Source: Phoronis australis
Lineage: Eukaryota > Animalia > Phoronida
Assembly: GCA_002633005.1 (NCBI GenBank)
Contig: NMRA01000382.1
Span: 1 to 64,000, forward strand
DNA: 64,000 nucleotides
Direction: 5' to 3'
In this document: one piece after another, positions 1 through 13,636 of the stretch
How the letters are laid out: each line of letters starts with the position of its first letter
How positions within the stretch are numbered: position 1 is the first letter of the stretch
The notes under the pieces: generated by a model
What the model saw: the letters and a program-made list of their open reading frames with translations, nothing else
Databases searched by the model: none
What the model was told of the DNA's origin: nothing
Translations under genes and position numbers: made by a program

Positions 1-2169
1 TAATATCAATAAGAAATAACACTATCAAACTAACATACTAAGAATTATATGTATCATGAATGTCACAGATTTCATGAGAAAAGTAAAACATCAACATGTA
101 ACCTTCAGGGGAAGGTTAATATCGAAACGAAGTACAGAATGGACAGATAAACCATTAACGGGCAGGCAAACTTTGATATAAGTGTAGCGGGTAATAATCA
201 AAGTGGTGTGGCATGCGAGTTTCAATCACAATAACAAGACACGAGGATGGCAGTTTTGAAATATTTCATTGAAAGTAAAACGTATTATGTTACTTATTAG
301 GGCTGCTATGTACATGTAGTTACATAACTGCTGTGGATCAAGCTATGTGCCACAGGAAGACCTTCATACGAAAACTTGCATGCATACTATATGGCTAAGA
401 AAAATAAAATATCTAGAAAAATCCTACACCACACAACCATACGAGAATTCGGCAACAGGGTCTCAGGAATAATGACACCGCAAAAAGTAATATAAAATAC
501 ACAACACCAAGTACACAAATCAGGAAGTAATCTGGTCTACAAAATATGTTTGCCAGTAAAATGGCCTAGCACCGTACCAATGTGTTCAACGCATACATGT
601 AACTAGAGCTAAGCAATAGGACAAATAACGTTTGCGCCGGCGGTGTCAAGAAAACATGGCACATCTAGTCAGTAAATGAAATTAAGCCTAGGGTTCAAGC
701 GTCATGAAAGTTTAGTCTAGAAAATTCCATTGGTGGCACGAGGTCATCAGCACAATGCAGCAAGTTATTATGTAATGACATGAGAGTGAAACTACAGGCT
801 GGCCCATTACCATGAACTCTGGGTCAATGAGCACTCCAACTGAGTTGGGGGTAGTGGGATCCCATTGTGCTTCGGTGACGAAAATTTAGGAGGTAGGTAA
901 GGCACTTTTGCGTGGAATATAGGTTAAAAAATAAAAATTTACAAGATTTTGAAATTGTAAATTAAAAATCTTGTGTTAAAATAAGTGAGACACTACTGGT
1001 ATGCAGAGATGAGTTATACGCCTAAACGGGCAGAAGTAACCCAAGTGCCGCGCTTTCGAAAACTTGGCGGAGTTACATGAATACTATTTACTAGTAGCTC
1101 GGGTGTAGTGGCTCCCGGGTTGCAGACGAAAATGACCCTACTTAACCGGCTAACGACAACTGTTAGAGTGACTGGCTTAGGCATAAGCACACCGAAATGA
1201 ACAAGGAATATACGAAAATAGTAAAATAATGAAAACCAAGTGACGCAATTCGCTCGCTGTGGGGGCACTCGACCGCAGATTTCGTACGACGAAACTATAC
1301 TCGCCTGACAAGAAGACAAATTAGCAAGCATGTGTGACGTGATCTCGTCGATCTCTATGTCCCCCTTTCTGCCGCTACGGTAGCCGTCTAATCGAAAATC
1401 GTCATGATGGGAAATGCCGACCACGAAGCGGCACGAAAACAAAGTTGACGCATTACCGTAAATTAAGCGCGGTTGGAATAGGTTAAAAATTATGCCAAGA
1501 GAAAGAAATGTGAAGCATTATGTGAGATTAATTGCCAAGAATGTTTTCAGGTGTTTGGACATGTTTTGCTATCATTAGTTTAATATTATTATTATTAGGT
1601 ATTATTATCATTATTATTTTATGGATTATTTTTTTCAAGGATTATTTATTCGGTTTCAGCAATGTTTCACTGTACGTTTTATTTTTTCTTATTTTTATGA
1701 AAATGTTTATTTTGTGATGTTTTTGATTTTTTTATCTTTTTAAACGGAAGGAACTATGAGAGTCAAACGCAAAGATAAACATTCGTATGGGCTAGGGGCC
1801 AGAGGCTAAGTACTTCAAAAGGCCTCAACAAACAAGATATTCAAAGTCTAAGGTACAGTATTTCCGTACTATTCTTTGCGAAGTTGAATAGCATATAGAA
1901 GTGGCAGCCGGAGGCTTTTTTATTTTTTATCTGCTGATAAACCCACCGAGATGGTTGTGCGCTATATCGGACACTTCAGTGTGAGACGCGGCGCTTTCGA
2001 GCTTTACCACACCAGGCTCCGCCGCGACATGCGACAGATTCCCTTCTAGGTCTCAACCATTGTAAATCCCATATGTATACATGTACATCAATATTACCTC
2101 CTGTCCTGTTGGATTAGTAATTCCAGTATCCAACATGCACCCAAATTATCAGTATGTCTTGATCCTAGG

Positions 2170-2480
2170 TCACACGAATGTCAAACCGCTGGCACTCAAA
2201 CAGTCTACATGGGTACCCTGGCCCCAACTGTGCTGCACTCCTTGTTCCAGGCTTAAAATAGCTTTAGGTTACAATACACGGGCACGAAAAACCACACCAC
2301 AGCAAGAAACCTATATCAGTAACTCGGACTAACACATGAAAGAATGGGAACTGGGCCGCATGGCAGGCCCTGTCCTACCCGTCCCAATGATAACCGTTTT
2401 ATCTCGCCGCGGGTTCTCCTTCTCCAAAGCAGACGGGGATTGCCGCAAGATATCCCATTTATACACAGGGAAGTGGTTGT
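2170..2480 (+). mobile_element. DIRS/Ngaro tyrosine-recombinase retrotransposon relic, N-terminal part of RT ORF, frameshifted
   Basis: Across frameshifts it reads GYP..ALLVPG-SFRLQYTG..ARNL then KEWELGRMAGP...KADGDCRKISHL. This matches the DIRS pre-RT pattern GF..GF.L.Y.G...NL.S...KE..LGR.AGPF...K.DG..R.I.HLS. Confidence 0.6.
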
Positions 2481-5400
2481 TTGGAACCAGGGTCATGAAC
2501 GGAGGCGCCGCTGCGTATTGGCGATGGATTTGTTTGGGTTTGAGGGATATTAGAATCGAAAGAAACGAAATGCAATTGATTAAAACCTAAAGGCGTCTCG
2601 CTGTCATCCAACTGAAAGAAACCTTTATCCACTATCCTGTATTTTAGTGTCTAACCAATGAGTTGGAAGTGCCTCACAGCTGAAATTGCAGTGCTGATAA
2701 ATTAGTTGCAAGTAGGAGCTAGACGATAGGCTGGCTCAAAATTATACCCAAAGCGATTTTCAATGAAACCAGAATATTCAGGACGTCCGTAAATCAAGTG
2801 AGGACACAAAAAGGAATTGGGATTTCCGGATTGTTCACTGTTTGCATCCCAAGCCAAAAAAATCATGGCAACGCTGTCTCGTTCCATTTGGTATATTTAT
2901 TTGAGGAAAACACTGGGCACACTTCATTAATTTTTGTATATTCTACTTCTCTCGTTTCTTTTTTGTTCTTGTTGTTTTTATCTTGTGATTTTTTTAACTT
3001 TTAAGTGAAGTGACCACGTGACATGGTCATGCATACGCGACAATGAATCGAGTCACGAGAAACGCCAGTAACTTTCACAGGTGAAAGCAGTTTCCATCTA
3101 GTCCTGTAAGTATTACCGATTTTAAAGACAGTAGAGCCACAATGAGATCGATTGTTCGCAAGCACACGTTTGAATAGTAGGTAAACCAACTCAGGTTTTG
3201 AAGTCGTACATTGAAAGCGATTTGTGAAATCGATAAAACTCAAACGATTGAGAGGAAATAACTTGCAGAATGCTACACCCTGTACTTATCAAATCAAAAT
3301 CACTTGTTATGTTTAGGCAACCGCAAACCGTATTGGGGATTTTGTTTCGCCTCTTCGAAAATTAATTGATCACACATGTAACTAATCTTTAGCCAGCCAG
3401 CTAGCTGTGTGAAAACTATCGTCAAAATGCATCTCTCTGTTTACCGCCGAGAGAACCCAAATTGTGCACTGCCCCTGTAGATCTGCTAGTCAACTGACCG
3501 TGAAATTAGTTTCAAAATGAAGAGTTGGAGCCAGGAGTGATGTTTGCAAATCTGGGAATCAACCGACACACACGTTACTCGTTACTGGAATTTTGTGAAA
3601 ATCTAGTAATCGCCATGTTAGTGCAAATTCCTCCGCTTTTGGTAACATTGAAAACCATCTGGTCGTTTTGAAAACACTACGCTCGTGACACATCAAGTGC
3701 TATTTCCTATTTTGGAAAATCTCTAGGGAGGTGATAGCAGCTTCGATGCAGCAAAACTTTTGTTATGAAATTTGGCTTGCTGGTGTTAAAATGCTATCAA
3801 TTTGTAACTAAATAAGACCACTTCCAATAAAAAATTTTGGCAAAAAAGCAACATCGTGGAAGACGAACAATTCATTGAAGAATCGAGGAAAAAGAAACTT
3901 GTCTGGCCAATTCCTATACATGTAGGTGACACAATATTTCATAGCGCCGAAAGCTGATGCAACGGATTGGCCCCCAACATTAGCACCAAAATAGCGGTAG
4001 AATGCCAATTTTTCCATCACTGGGAAATGATTTTGTTTACTTAAATAAGAGTATAGCCTTTAAAAGACATGAAATTGGAGGCAGAATTTGTCTGGTCACA
4101 TTTTTACCCACACAGACGCAAAGCTCTATACTTAGCACGCAGCTTTGAGCCAAGGCTATCAAATCCTCTGCCGCATTCTAGTTTCATTTTTTACCTAGGA
4201 GCGTAACGATGTGCCTCAAAGGACATTGTGTTATGAAGAGTGCAGTGTGGGTGAACACCTTCTAGATTCGAGTGGGATTGTCTTTCATTAGTGCTCTCTT
4301 GATCAACTTTCTAGGTGACGACATTTCAATGTCTAGTAAGATTCATGTATGCTTGACACACCAATATCTTTTTGAGAAAGGCGGCTCTCCGGGAATTTCC
4401 TCACGTCTCGTAAGTATTTGACTGATTACAACAACGACGACAATAGTAAGACAACTTCGAACTGAAATGTCAATAAGGTCAAACTGTTAGTTTGATTATC
4501 TGTCTCCTAGTAATTTGTAAGCCAATAGCTATTCAATCATTTAAGAAAAATCAGTGAAATTCCTGTGAGCCACTAAGCTCATGATTTGAACGCTCTGAGT
4601 CCAATGTTTAAATTCAGCAAGAGGACCATCTTGTTTGAGGATTCTTGTAATTATTGCAATATTCTTATTCCGTGTATACATGTACAGTGTACATGCTTTC
4701 AGTTTAATCATTCTTGACGTACCCAGCTCGTTATCTGTCTTTTTCTACGGTCACCTATGTTAGCCTTAAATGTTTTCCAAAGTGTCCCTTAAATTAACAC
4801 TTAGATAACTTCAGACCAAAATTGAAACGATAATCGCCTGTACAGCCTATTTGTACAACTGCAACATACTAGGTGAAAGATTAAAGACTGGGATGATTCT
4901 AGCTTGAAAACGCAGTAGCTTCTTAAAATCCACTTTCCTTCATTTGGAGGATATATTTAGGCCTTTCGTAACCTCAACTTAAACGAATTTTAGACAACTA
5001 CCGCGAAATACCAGTACCAGAAAATCCCTGGTTTAAGCATGAGTGTTTCTATCCACATATCGAAGTTTTTTTTACAATTCCCACATTTCAGACCAAAAAT
5101 CACGGAAAAGTGGGGTTGAAATTCTAAAATTGTTGTCGTCTAGTCTGGTATATTTCGATCTGACAGGTTTTTGCAGATGGTCTTGACAAGGCCCCCAAGA
5201 TGTGTTGCATGTGCATGGCTACCAATATGCGGAAGTTATCAACAAAAGCAAACCGTAATATCTATTATTGGTGACTCCGTTACCATCACCCTAAGGAAGC
5301 TTAGGACGTATCAATACAAGCAATGGTGCATTTGTATTAGCCAAGTTGAAGTCAAACCCACAACTTGACTAATTTTCTGAAAATAGTTGTTACAAAGTCA

Positions 5401-6471
5401 ATTGCTTTTTATTTTCAAAAGATTTTTGCAAAGCAGCTACTCTCCATTCTTTTGTAGTGACTTGGCAAACCCAAGAGAATAATGAACAACACTCAATTTA
5501 AAATTTTACTTTAGCCGTTTAAATTATTTCCCTGATTGGTGCATGCAGGCACTTATAAGTTTCTTAAACGAACTGTTTTGCACAAACCGTGTTAGAGTGA
5601 AGCTCTCTATAAGGTACTAGTAACTTATAGTTTCCCTTAATTTGTGACGGCTTCGAAATAGTCTGGTCAGGTCTTATGTTTATATCTAAAGTCCAACTCA
5701 GTAATCTTTCAATAGTTTTAGATCAATGACGATTCGCAGTAAAGCTACATAAAAAGAACAACGCAGGCAAACTCTAGTGGCAAAATGAACCATCAGATCA
5801 GGCCTCAAGCGGTTTCGCACAGGCTTAAGATTTACCTACAGCTGACAGTGTTGTTTTTGACGGAAAGCGGTGAGTAACCAGTTACAATGACCTAAAGGGT
5901 TTTAGAAGAGGCTTAAACTGGTCTTATCGATGAGGTTATATTTAACCAGCAATCCTCTGTCCACATACTTTGGCTTAGTTTCTAGTTTTCTCCCTTGTCT
6001 CCTCCTCGCATTAACATCCATCATTATTTCCTTGTCACCTATTTCTGTAGTACACTCCAACTCCTGCAACTTTCTCTGATATCACCGGTGTCTTCACAAT
6101 ACCTGCAGCCAACCGTCACTGTAGTGCATGTTGGAATGTTCCCAAACAAAAATACACATAAACCATTCAAACAAGTATTACATTTGGAGACATCACAACC
6201 ACTGTCTTATCATAAATTAATAAGTTTGGAAAGACAAACTTCCCACGCATGTGGGAAACTTGTTTGCAATCGCTTGTCCTGGTATTGGTTATTGTTATGA
6301 AATAAAGGTCTTATAGCGTGGGGTGTTTATATGTAGTGAAAAAGTAAAGTGTAGAGTGGTTGCTATCTCAAAGCTTATCGCAGCCAATACCACTGCAATG
6401 GTCAAGTGCTTGCCGCAGCACATAAAACCGTCGCGATGTTGTGTTTGTCGAATCGTTCACTGAACACTTAA

Positions 6472-8149
6472 AGGAGCATGCCACCCAAAAAACAACCTAA
6501 TTTGTATCAATTTAGATCGAGTAGTTCTACTCCATAACGACACGTGCGGTTGCGTTACCTGACAAATGACGGCAGACGGAGGTGTTGAAATTATTCAATT
6601 ACGTCATCGGTTTCACACGCGTTCTGTTCAGCAGTTCACTACACGGGTTACTGGTGTCAGCTTATCGCTTGGAGTCATCGTTTAACACCAATAAATTATC
6701 AAACTTCGATGTAAAACCCTTAAAAATACACCGAGTTCTTACAAAAACGTGTTGTTTTATTTCACTGTTACGGGATTTATTGGTATTTGGACACACCGTA
6801 GCCTACAAAGTTCGGCAGGCCAATAAGTTCCGTAGCAGGAGTTTGGGTTGTGTTCGGAGATAATTTCGAAGTATTTGCAATGAGATACAGGCAGAAGAAC
6901 CTAGATCTGTGTTTTTTAGACTTATGATTTTCTAAACACAAAACGCTTGTTATCCTGGCCAGTGGCTCGGAGCCCGATCAGGCCCGTCGCGGCCGTCCGG
7001 ATTGACTCGTTATCCCGACCAGTGGCTCGGAAATTGATCAGACATCACGAACAAACCAGCCAAAGTTCAGTGGAAACTAAACTTCCAGTCAAGAAAATAC
7101 TATACTAGTAATCCAAAGTAATGTGCACATGATAATGTTGGTTAATTAGCCACGAAACTGCAAACCTACTTCAGCTACTCGTCGGGGCCGCGAATTCGTT
7201 CCGCTTTGGCCACAGCACCGTCAGGGCAGAATTTGTACATTGACAATCATTATTTGAGTAATGTAAATGTAAATAAAGATTCCCCTAACACCTGGCCGTG
7301 GGATGGAAATCGAGTTGTTTCACAAGTCTGCCAGCAAACACTAAATTAGCATGAGCTCACACGGCCTCGGTGTCCCGTCAATTAGTTTTATTGCACCTAA
7401 AGCCGGTAACGCAGTGATTTATTCATTGCTGGCTTCTCATATCATTTCGTGCACTCACAAACACTCCAAAGGCATTACAAATTGCATCTAATGAGACAGA
7501 CTTTGTTTCAGTTTTATATAAGTATTGGTTAGGGTGAGAATAATTCATCTTGAAACAGAACGCTCAGTAATGAAACGCCAAACATGGCAACTCGCAATCC
7601 CGACTTAGGACGAGCTAGAGCGGCTCATCAGTACCGACTTCGCAGGTGGATCTTTAAGTTTTACAGGCTATCAATTCGAACAGGAATACAGTGATGATGA
7701 AATACTAGAGAGGCGCCGTGAACAAGCTCAGACAACGGAACGTATGGAGTTATTTGGTAAGCCGGGCATTCGTGAGGCACTGTCGACGTCGTCTGCAGGC
7801 CACAGACACGGAGATGTTTCACGGCCTCATACTTGCTATTTACAGCGTACATTTCATTCTTCACTATCATGAGCCACTTCCTAAGCATTTCGGACTCTCG
7901 AGGAAGTAAAAAACGACGTACTCGCTTTCCTCGCGGCTGCTTAGTTCGGACAAGCGGGAACGATAAACCGCAACATAGCGGCATTCACGCTGCATATGAA
8001 CCACTGACGTCGCTAGCGTCGTTTCTCACTTTCCTCGCAGGTTAACGCGACACCTCTTGGCAAGGTAAGGTCGACTGTATGCGAGGCGATGCAAAAATAG
8101 ACCGATTAAGACGCTAAAAAAGACTAATTAAATCGGGTGGCTTTAGCCT
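6472..8149. mobile_element. Non-autonomous Kolobok-like DNA transposon, copy 1 (~1.68 kb)
   Basis: TTAA at 6468-6471 and 8150-8153. Left end AGGAGCATGCCACCC; right end GGGTGGCTTTAGCCT is an imperfect inverted repeat. Colinear with copy 2 over its whole length. Carries THAP-like and KolX-like remnants. Confidence 0.75.
7661..7984 (-). pseudogene. Degenerate THAP zinc-finger exon (N-terminus of a Kolobok transposase)
   Basis: MPLCC...RRFLLPRESEMLRKWL...HLRVCGL resembles the THAP C...FP....RKW...RVC pattern. The terminal HF is lost. An equivalent segment lies at 10328-10590 in copy 2. Confidence 0.55.
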
Positions 8150-9077
8150 TTAAAACCATACGATAGACGATGGCGTGCATTTTTTGTCGGATGGGAATTT
8201 GCAATGCTGCAACACCCATGAAAATACCGAGGCTATTTGTCGTGGGAAATTTCCATAGCACACGTGACAACAAGTTAATTTTGCCGCAAGCCAAAGAGCA
8301 GGATGGTTGTGCGATGGATTGTTCTATAACATCCTCGACACCTAAACACCGGGACCCCCTTGCCCGCGACTCACAACCCAAGTCCCTCTCGATTGACGAC
8401 TCACAACCCCTCGACCCAGTCTACAAAAGCTCGACTCGATATTAAGATAGAACAAGCCCTGACTTGTAGGATTAATGAGTTAGACCGTGAGCTCAGCTGG
8501 CTTTTCCCTGTTTTTTGCAAGTAAGGCAGTTGGTTCGGCAAATTTGAAATCCAAAAACAGTAAAAAACAACAAAACCTAATCTAAATCAAAACCGAAGGC
8601 CTACCTACATGTACGTTACAAATGCCGTTGCCGGCAGAATATAATCGTCGGGTCTGCTGTTCGGTGATATGCATATTCAACATTTTGCTTAGAGTCTGAG
8701 GAACAGACAAAACAGTAATTTTACAACTAAATACAAATTGGAAGAAGCAAGACAAATAGTTAAAATATGGCAATATGTACATCCAAGTTAGCGTATTCTC
8801 TCCCTAAGTGTATAAGAACTGGGCCATAAATAGCCAGTCTTGACAACGATAGCGCGCTTTACCAGGCACCCAAAAATATTCAGGAAATTCCGCAATTGTA
8901 CAACAAATTTATTTTTTCTATGTGGTTGTCAAGAAGTCAACTTAAATGAAAATAGAGGTTGACCGATATAGTATCAGAATTTCTTTATAGCACTGTTTGT
9001 GTGAGTCGATAGAGTTGTATACATGTGTATGAAAATGAATTATTTACATTCGTAATCATATATCATTGCCATCTTAA

Positions 9078-10752
9078 AGGAGCATGCCACCCAAAAACAA
9101 CATAATTTGAATCAATTTAGATTGACAAGTTCTACTCGATAACGGCATGTATGGTTGCGTTACCTGACTCCTGACGGAAGACGGGTGTGTTGAAATTATC
9201 CAATGACATCATTGGTTTCACACACAGTCTGTTCAGCAGTTCACAGCACTGGTTACAGATATCAGCTTATTGCTTGAATTAATTCATCGTTTAACACCAA
9301 TAAATCGTCAAACTTCGATGTAAAGCCCTTATAAATACATGTACACCACGTTCTTATAAAACCTGTTGTTTTATTTCGCTGTTACGGATTTATTCGTATT
9401 TGGACACATTGTATCCTACAAAGTTCGGTAGGCCAATAAAGTCAGTAGCAGGAATTTGGGGCCTGTGCTGAGATAAATTCGAAGTATTTTTCTATGAGAT
9501 GCAGACTGGAGAACCTAGAACTGTGTTGTTTAGGCTTGTGATTTTTGAGTTCAAAACACACGAAACGCTTGTTATCCTGGCCAGTTGCTGGGAGTCCGAT
9601 CCAGCCCGTCGCGGCCGGATTGACTCATTATCCCGGCCAGTGGCTCCTAAGCCGATCAGGCGGGCACGTCGCGGCCGGACTGAAGACATCACGAACATAA
9701 ACCAGACAAAGTTGGAAACTACACTTCCAGTCAAGAAAATACTTTACTAGTTAGCCAAAGAAATAATGCCCACGTGATAATGTTGGTGAATTAGCAATAA
9801 ACTGAAAATCTACTTACTTGTCGGGGGCCGCGAATTTAGGTTCCGCTATGGCCACAGAACTGTCAGGACAGAAGTTGTGCATTGACAATCATTATTTTTA
9901 TGATGTAATGTAAATAAAAGTTCCCGGCTCTAACACTTGACCGTGGGATAGAAATCGAGTTAATTCACAACAGTTTCTGTCAGCAAACACTGAATTAGCT
10001 CACACGGCCTCGGTGTCCCGTCATTTAGTTTTATTGCACCTACATGTAAAGCCGGTAACGCAGTGGTTTATTTATTGCTGGATTCTCAAATAATTTGCTC
10101 TCACGAGCCCTCCAGAGGCATTGCAAATTGCATGTAATGAGACAGATGTTATTAAGTATTAGTTAGAGTGAGAATAATTCATTTTTGAAACAGAACGCTC
10201 AGTAAGAAACGTCATCATGGCAACTCAAAATCCTGACTCAGACGAGAGCTCATCCCGACGAAGGCTTCTCGCTGGTGGATCGTTAAGTTTCACAGGCTAT
10301 CATTTCGAACCGGAATACACTGAAATACTAGAGAGGCGCCGTGAACAAGCTCAGCCAACGGAACGCATTGATAATTATTTGGCTTTCGTCAGGCACTGTA
10401 GACGACTGTAAGCCACAGACACGGAGATGTTTTACGGCCTCACACTTGCTATTTACAGCGTACTTTTCATTCTTCTCTACCGCGAGCCACTTCCTAAGCA
10501 TTTCGAGCATTCGGGAAGTCAAAAAACGCTTTCATGGGAAATACGTAGTTCTGTTAAGCGGGAACGATGCACTGCAATATAGCCGCATTCACTCTGCAAA
10601 TGAGACACTGACGTCGCTGCGTCGTTTCTCACCTTCCTCACAAATTTACGCAACACCTCTCGGCAAAGGAAGGTCAACCGTATGCGAGGCGACTTGGATA
10701 TAGGCCGAATAAGACGGCAAATAAGACTAATTAAGTCGGGTGGCATTCTCCT
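9078..10752. mobile_element. Non-autonomous Kolobok-like DNA transposon, copy 2 (~1.68 kb)
   Basis: TTAA at 9074-9077, then AGGAGCATGCCACCC. Right end GGGTGGCATTCTCCT is a 14/15 inverted match. Diverged direct repeat of 6472-8149. Confidence 0.75.
10217..10381 (+). pseudogene. KolX / P2X7-C-terminal-like first exon remnant
   Basis: MATQNPDSDE...GYHFEPEYTEILERRREQAQPTERIDN resembles the PY.FEPEY...ER..N.W start of KolX/P2RX7-tail proteins. The copy-1 equivalent (7584-7757) is followed by a GTAAG donor. Confidence 0.5.
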
Positions 10753-11719
10753 TATCATTTTTAATTCATGCATTCGTGTATAATAATTGTATATAGACAT
10801 GTTAGTATTTTTAACCCAGATCTAATGTCTCTGGGCGCTTTCTGGGTTATGTATATTCATTGTCTTCCGAAGATTTCGTAATGAACATTTAAAAAAGGTA
10901 GCGCGTCCAAAATATGTTATTCAAGACCACAGGCGTTCTCAAGTCAATCACCAGACTTGAGACAGAGCAGACTCTCGTGTAGGTATGTCTTATGGGAAAA
11001 TCACCCAGAGACATAATAACATTATGAAATATGTAAAAAAGGAAAAAACCTCTATTGCAACACGTCTTGGGTCGAGGGCTTTGTGGGTTGTGGGAGTTTC
11101 AGAGCAATCTTGTTGCTAGGTAACCGGGAAAATTCCAAATCCTGCACAGTCCGTCAAGAACGGAATCATTGGTAAGTACAAGATACGCTGTCAACAACAT
11201 AACCTACATGCATTCCAGTGTATTCCTTCACATGATAATTTTCTCCTTTACTAATTCATGTCATAGGTTTAGCTAAAGAACCGTTGTTCAATTACTGCTC
11301 ACAAATTGATACACAATAGCATCTTTTTCATAGTTAAACGTTTAAATGATGAACTGCAGACGTAATTGGAAACAGTAATAACATACACTTGAATATACAT
11401 GCATACATATAATCTTAGTTGCTCAAACTCACGCACGAATATTTTTTTCGAAAATTCCATCAACACACCTTTAAATTAATGTATCCGTCCACGGATCCAC
11501 CGACAACAGTACAGCCTAAAGGCGGCAAGGTGGGAGGTCAGCCATTCAGAACAATTTTTAGTTGAATAAATTACAATGGGAATGAAAGAAACAGGGTTAA
11601 TAAGACACCATGGAGTTTGGTGGATTAGGAGATACTAGGGTAGTCCTATGCCGAAAGCAAATGGGGCAGTTTCTTTGTGCGTGATGAGTTACTTTGACTA
11701 CATATTCTACAGATGTTTC

Positions 11720-12560
11720 CGATTCAAACAGTGTTTTTGTCTAAACAATTTTGCTACCACATGATAGGTTCTCAACCAGTCTAAGCAAAAACGCCACCGA
11801 CACTAAAACATCGGTTACTTTGATATCACAGTAACTGTTTCTGTGAGGTACATTTCGTGCTTTTGAAAAACCCTGCAGTAAGTTATACCGCTATAGAGAA
11901 GATACCCCACGAGAAAACTGAAAATATTAACATGCATATGTAGAAGACTCCATGCCCTTGGAAGTAATACAAAAAACTTTGTTAGCTCTTTGTGCAGGCT
12001 TGGTAATAGGTGTCTAAGTGTCAGTATTTTAAGACCGCGCATTTGTGTATTTGTAGCTTTAAACCAGTCACTAGCTGTGCGCCTGTTGTACGCATTAGAA
12101 TAGCGTCGTATGATACAGCAATTAACAGAATTGGGTGCTTCAACGTTTTTAATTAATTTTAAGGATACAACCAGCTCCCACTAAAATGTGGAATTATTCT
12201 AAATTGGCTTTTCTAACACAATGCATACCAAACTAAAGCATACGAAATGCTTTAGTTGAATGATGGTTGATCTAAATTGTGGGCTTGCGAATTTATCTAT
12301 TTGTCTGGCACTGCCAGTCGCATAGAGGAGCTTAGCGAGATATTTTAGAGCTTTAAAAGTGAGAGTAGGTGATGTGAAAGAGGTGAAACGTGTCCTCCCG
12401 TATAGTAGTATGCCTGCCTCTGTGCTCAGCAAGAGCTAGGTGATCTACTGTAGTAGATTCATTTGCCTGGATCATCGATAGAACCCTAGACATATATTTT
12501 CGTCGCCAAAACACTTAATGTATTCACTGCACGCAAGAGGGGAAATCCGACAGAGGTCTG
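11720..12560 (-). mobile_element. Highly decayed CR1/L2-type LINE RT C-terminal fragment
   Basis: Minus-strand pieces CLGF.ID, IIPHF..SW.P, VQQAHS.VTG...LKILTLRH fall in the order of the CR1 motifs KYLG.ID, RPHLEY..VW.P, VQRRA..V.G...L.TL..RR. Confidence 0.35.
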
Positions 12561-12747
12561 AAAAATTACCAAAGACATAAAATCAAGTTTCAATGTCCTT
12601 CTTTGCGTGACTCCTGGTAGGAATCACCAAACTCCAATGTCTGACCCTGAGTAATAATTTTAGAGGCACGTCATTCATGCATAAGTACTTTTATTGTCGC
12701 ACTGTGATTGCTTATGACTTGGACATTATTGCTTTATCATATCTTAA

Positions 12748-13636
12748 GGATATTTCCAACCTTATTCACAAAAATGGGCCATTTTTACAATATTTCACTT
12801 GTGTCTAGCAAAATACCTTTTCTTCATTCTCGGGGAACTTCAAATACGAAATATATACTGCGTAGCGAGAAAAAAAAGATTTAGCAGAACCACCTTGGAA
12901 CCGCACAACCGCGTGGATATTTGTTTACCACTTATCCAATGTCAAAGGTTAAAGGGCTTTCAAGTAAATTGAGTCTCCCGCCAGGTACAGAACAGCTTCG
13001 GTATACCCTCAGTCCTTTCATTCACAAATTCGCCATAACATTGAACCAACGAGGTGTGGTTATGATAGAATGGTGCCGGGGAAAACAAAGACAAAACGTA
13101 GTTTTGATCCTAAGGGAGTTGTGCGTCTACATGCATACGACCGTTGACGTTGAAAACGAATGCTACGAGTTGCCTCAGGCCTCAGTCTGGTCATGAACAC
13201 AGAAAGTTGTGAAAAGAGATAAATCCTCCCCCTTATTCCTTAATTCAATTATTAAGTTAACATTTCGATGTTTCGATTTCATGTTAACGACTTACTTTAA
13301 CCACCAATTCAATTTTTGTTATCCATTTCTTACTTGGTTTGGTATCAGTCTCCCAGCACGTGACGTGTACAGGCTATGAACTGTGACCTACTTAGAAAGT
13401 AGGTCGTACAAAATGGCAGAAGTTGGCTGCATAAGATAGGTCTATTTGAGGTTTTAATGATATTTAAGTTAGTTACGCACTGCAAAATTAGTTNATGACA
13501 AATAAATACAAAAAGTATATTTATATTTCCTGATCTTTGCTCTTTCAGAAAATATATACTTTTACTAGTTGACAAAGCTTAGTTTTTTTGATATACGAGT
13601 TAGAACAGAGGCCACTAAATAAGGTTTGAAATAACC
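12748..13636. mobile_element. ~890 bp TTAA-flanked MITE (Kolobok-type GG...CC termini)
   Basis: TTAA at 12744-47 and 13637-40. GGATATTTCCAACCTTATT versus the reverse complement of the right end GGTTATTTCAAACCTTATT. A second copy is split at 27630-33975. Confidence 0.8.

Noticed and set aside
1014-1442. 142-aa ORF on the minus strand
   Set aside because: Non-ATG start, no recognisable motif, no splice context; probably non-coding repeat sequence.
4199-5253. Short AG/GT-bounded segments (e.g. 4315-4409) as upstream exons of the WSC gene
   Set aside because: Splice-like sites are present, but the peptides have no domain signature; cannot be distinguished from chance.
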